A stretch of 63,928 nucleotides of DNA, the filler included, from Octopus bimaculoides (Eukaryota): assembly GCF_001194135.2 (NCBI RefSeq). It is 9 parts of 9 records of this genome, joined end to end, with 100 filler letters (N's around TTAATTAATTAA, not from the genome) between each part and the next. Parts side by side here need not be neighbours in the genome. Positions count along the whole stretch, not along the records: positions 56,443 to 62,692 come from NC_068989.1; positions 62,793 to 63,928 come from NC_068985.1; 7 more parts are not named here. One strand, 5' to 3'. The translations under genes were made by a program, and so were the position numbers. Below, in pieces: positions 62,177-63,928 of this stretch. The notes beneath the pieces are model-generated. The model searched no databases. It was given only the letters and a program-made list of their open reading frames with translations, and was not told the origin of the DNA. The first letter of the stretch is position 1; each line of letters starts with the position of its first letter.

Positions 62177-62658
62177 AGTTATCGTTTTCACCACATTAAA
62201 TGCGGTAGTGCTTAATTCTCTAGAGAAATTAATAGATTTGTTAAAAATTGGTATCTCAGTAAACTGTTGAGAGATATTTAATTGAAATGAATGAAGACAT
62301 TAGTTAATGTTAGAAATGACATTTAATTGGATGGAGAGAGAAAGAGAGAGAAAAATAAAAAATTAAAACTGAAGTGAGGTGAAGTAAACTTAGAGATTAA
62401 GAGAAGTATTTCTCTCACATACTGAAATTGTCAAAAAAAACAAGAACAAAAAAACCCCAAGAAATCAAGAACGAGAAAGAAACTCAGAAAACAAAACAAT
62501 ATATATAAAAAGTAAAGCAGAAAATATAAAAATCATGAAACTATAAGCTATATATGAAACTGTATTAATTAGCAATTATTATTATTATTATTATTTTCTT
62601 CGTCATCAGTGTATTCCAGAATATATTATACTATATTATACATGCATACATACATACA

Positions 62659-62692
<34 letters not shown>

Positions 62693-62792
62693 NNNNNNNN
62701 NNNNNNNNNNNNNNNNNNNNNNNNNNNNNNNNNNNNTTAATTAATTAANNNNNNNNNNNNNNNNNNNNNNNNNNNNNNNNNNNNNNNNNNNN
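62693..62792. other. Artificial 100-bp scaffold join marker
   Basis: 44 N + TTAATTAATTAA (62737-62748) + 44 N. Confidence 0.95.
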
Positions 62793-62926
62793 TATCACCA
62801 TCATCAACATCATCATTATTATCGTTATCATCATCATCATCATCAACTTCATTATATCATCGTCATCACCAGCAGCAACGGCATCTTAACCACCATCACT
62901 ATCATCTTCTTCGTCATCATTAACAC

Positions 62927-62958
<32 letters not shown>

Positions 62959-63005
62959 ACATCCACATCCCCAAAACCATCATTAACGTTATCCTCATCA
63001 CCATT

Positions 63006-63040
<35 letters not shown>

Positions 63041-63260
63041 TAACATCATCATCATCATCATCAACTTCATTATATCTTCGTCATCACCAGCAGCAACGGC
63101 ATCTTAACCATCATCACTATCATCTTCATCGTCAGCATCATCATCATCATCAACATCACCAAAATCATCATTAACGTTATCATCATCATCATTATCATCA
63201 TCATCATCATCGTCGTCACCATCACCACCAGCATCACCATCACCATCACCATCATTATAA
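62793..63260. repeat. Degenerate (ATC)n tract containing a 218-bp-period duplication
   Basis: TCAACTTCATTATATC.TCGTCATCACCAGCAGCAACGGCATCTTAACCA at 62843 and 63061. Confidence 0.85.
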
Positions 63261-63847
63261 CCATCCTACCGTCTATCCTACTCGCTACTTATGACCATCA
63301 ATGCTTACACGCAAGCCGCCATTACAACACACTACTTACTGCAATCAAACAGTGAATACATTTCAAAGTATACACAGCTAATAACTATTTTTCTGTGTCA
63401 ATTCCGACCGAAATTTTTTCCCTTTGATTTCGTTCTCTCTCTACTCGTTATCTTCCCTTATCGATTTATCCCGCAACAACTGCTGAAATACAAATTATAA
63501 AATATCAATTATATGCCTTAAAAATGCTACAATATCGATTATCCACTTTGTTGAGTTCAGATACGTTTCGGGCTTTAGCAAAATATGTTTCGATTAGACA
63601 TTTCTACATACTTGTTAGTACATAGAATTAGCCAGCTATCTGGGAAATATAGCGAAAATCTATTTTAGCAAGGTGTATCATTTACCATGTCGTATATGAT
63701 TATTATTATCATTACAAGCAATTCTCTATGATAGAGAAAAGGGAAAAAGAAATACTCCATCTTCTCAAATGTATAATTAGAAGAATGGCTTGCCGTTACT
63801 TTATTTTGCTGTCTTCTACACCTGCAGACTCACATTTCTTATACCCT

Positions 63848-63928
<81 letters not shown>

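Overview
Eukaryotic, AT-rich, repeat-saturated DNA from a gapped draft assembly. Many N runs are present, plus eight artificial 44N-TTAATTAATTAA-44N joins. The SINE families and microsatellite load point to a coleoid cephalopod, probably Octopus; this is inferred from pattern, not from a search. I recognise no host protein-coding gene, rRNA, true tRNA or CRISPR array. Nearly all ORFs in the track are microsatellite or N-gap artefacts, or transposon relics. Supported content: many tRNA-derived SINEs in several modular families (my labels A-F); decayed R4/Dong-clade non-LTR retrotransposons of four distinguishable lineages (W, X, Y, Z) between 36.5 and 51.6 kb, every visible 3' end running into a (TAA)n-type tract; RTE, Tx1/L1-like and Penelope-like fragments; a mariner fragment; an internally deleted Tigger/pogo element with TIRs and TA TSD; and a 422-bp MITE with 175-bp TIRs. 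The most notable hidden signals are: (1) minimal hammerhead-ribozyme motifs of the Penelope type; (2) a microsatellite 'landing pad' pattern in which R4/Dong elements sit in TAA tracts left by other retroposons; (3) a 6.9-kb CpG-depleted block (19.07-25.97 kb) that suggests germline methylation or a mis-joined contig; (4) a 3' end shared between one SINE tail type and a Tx1/L1-like LINE. No clearly new biological system is demonstrated by the sequence alone.
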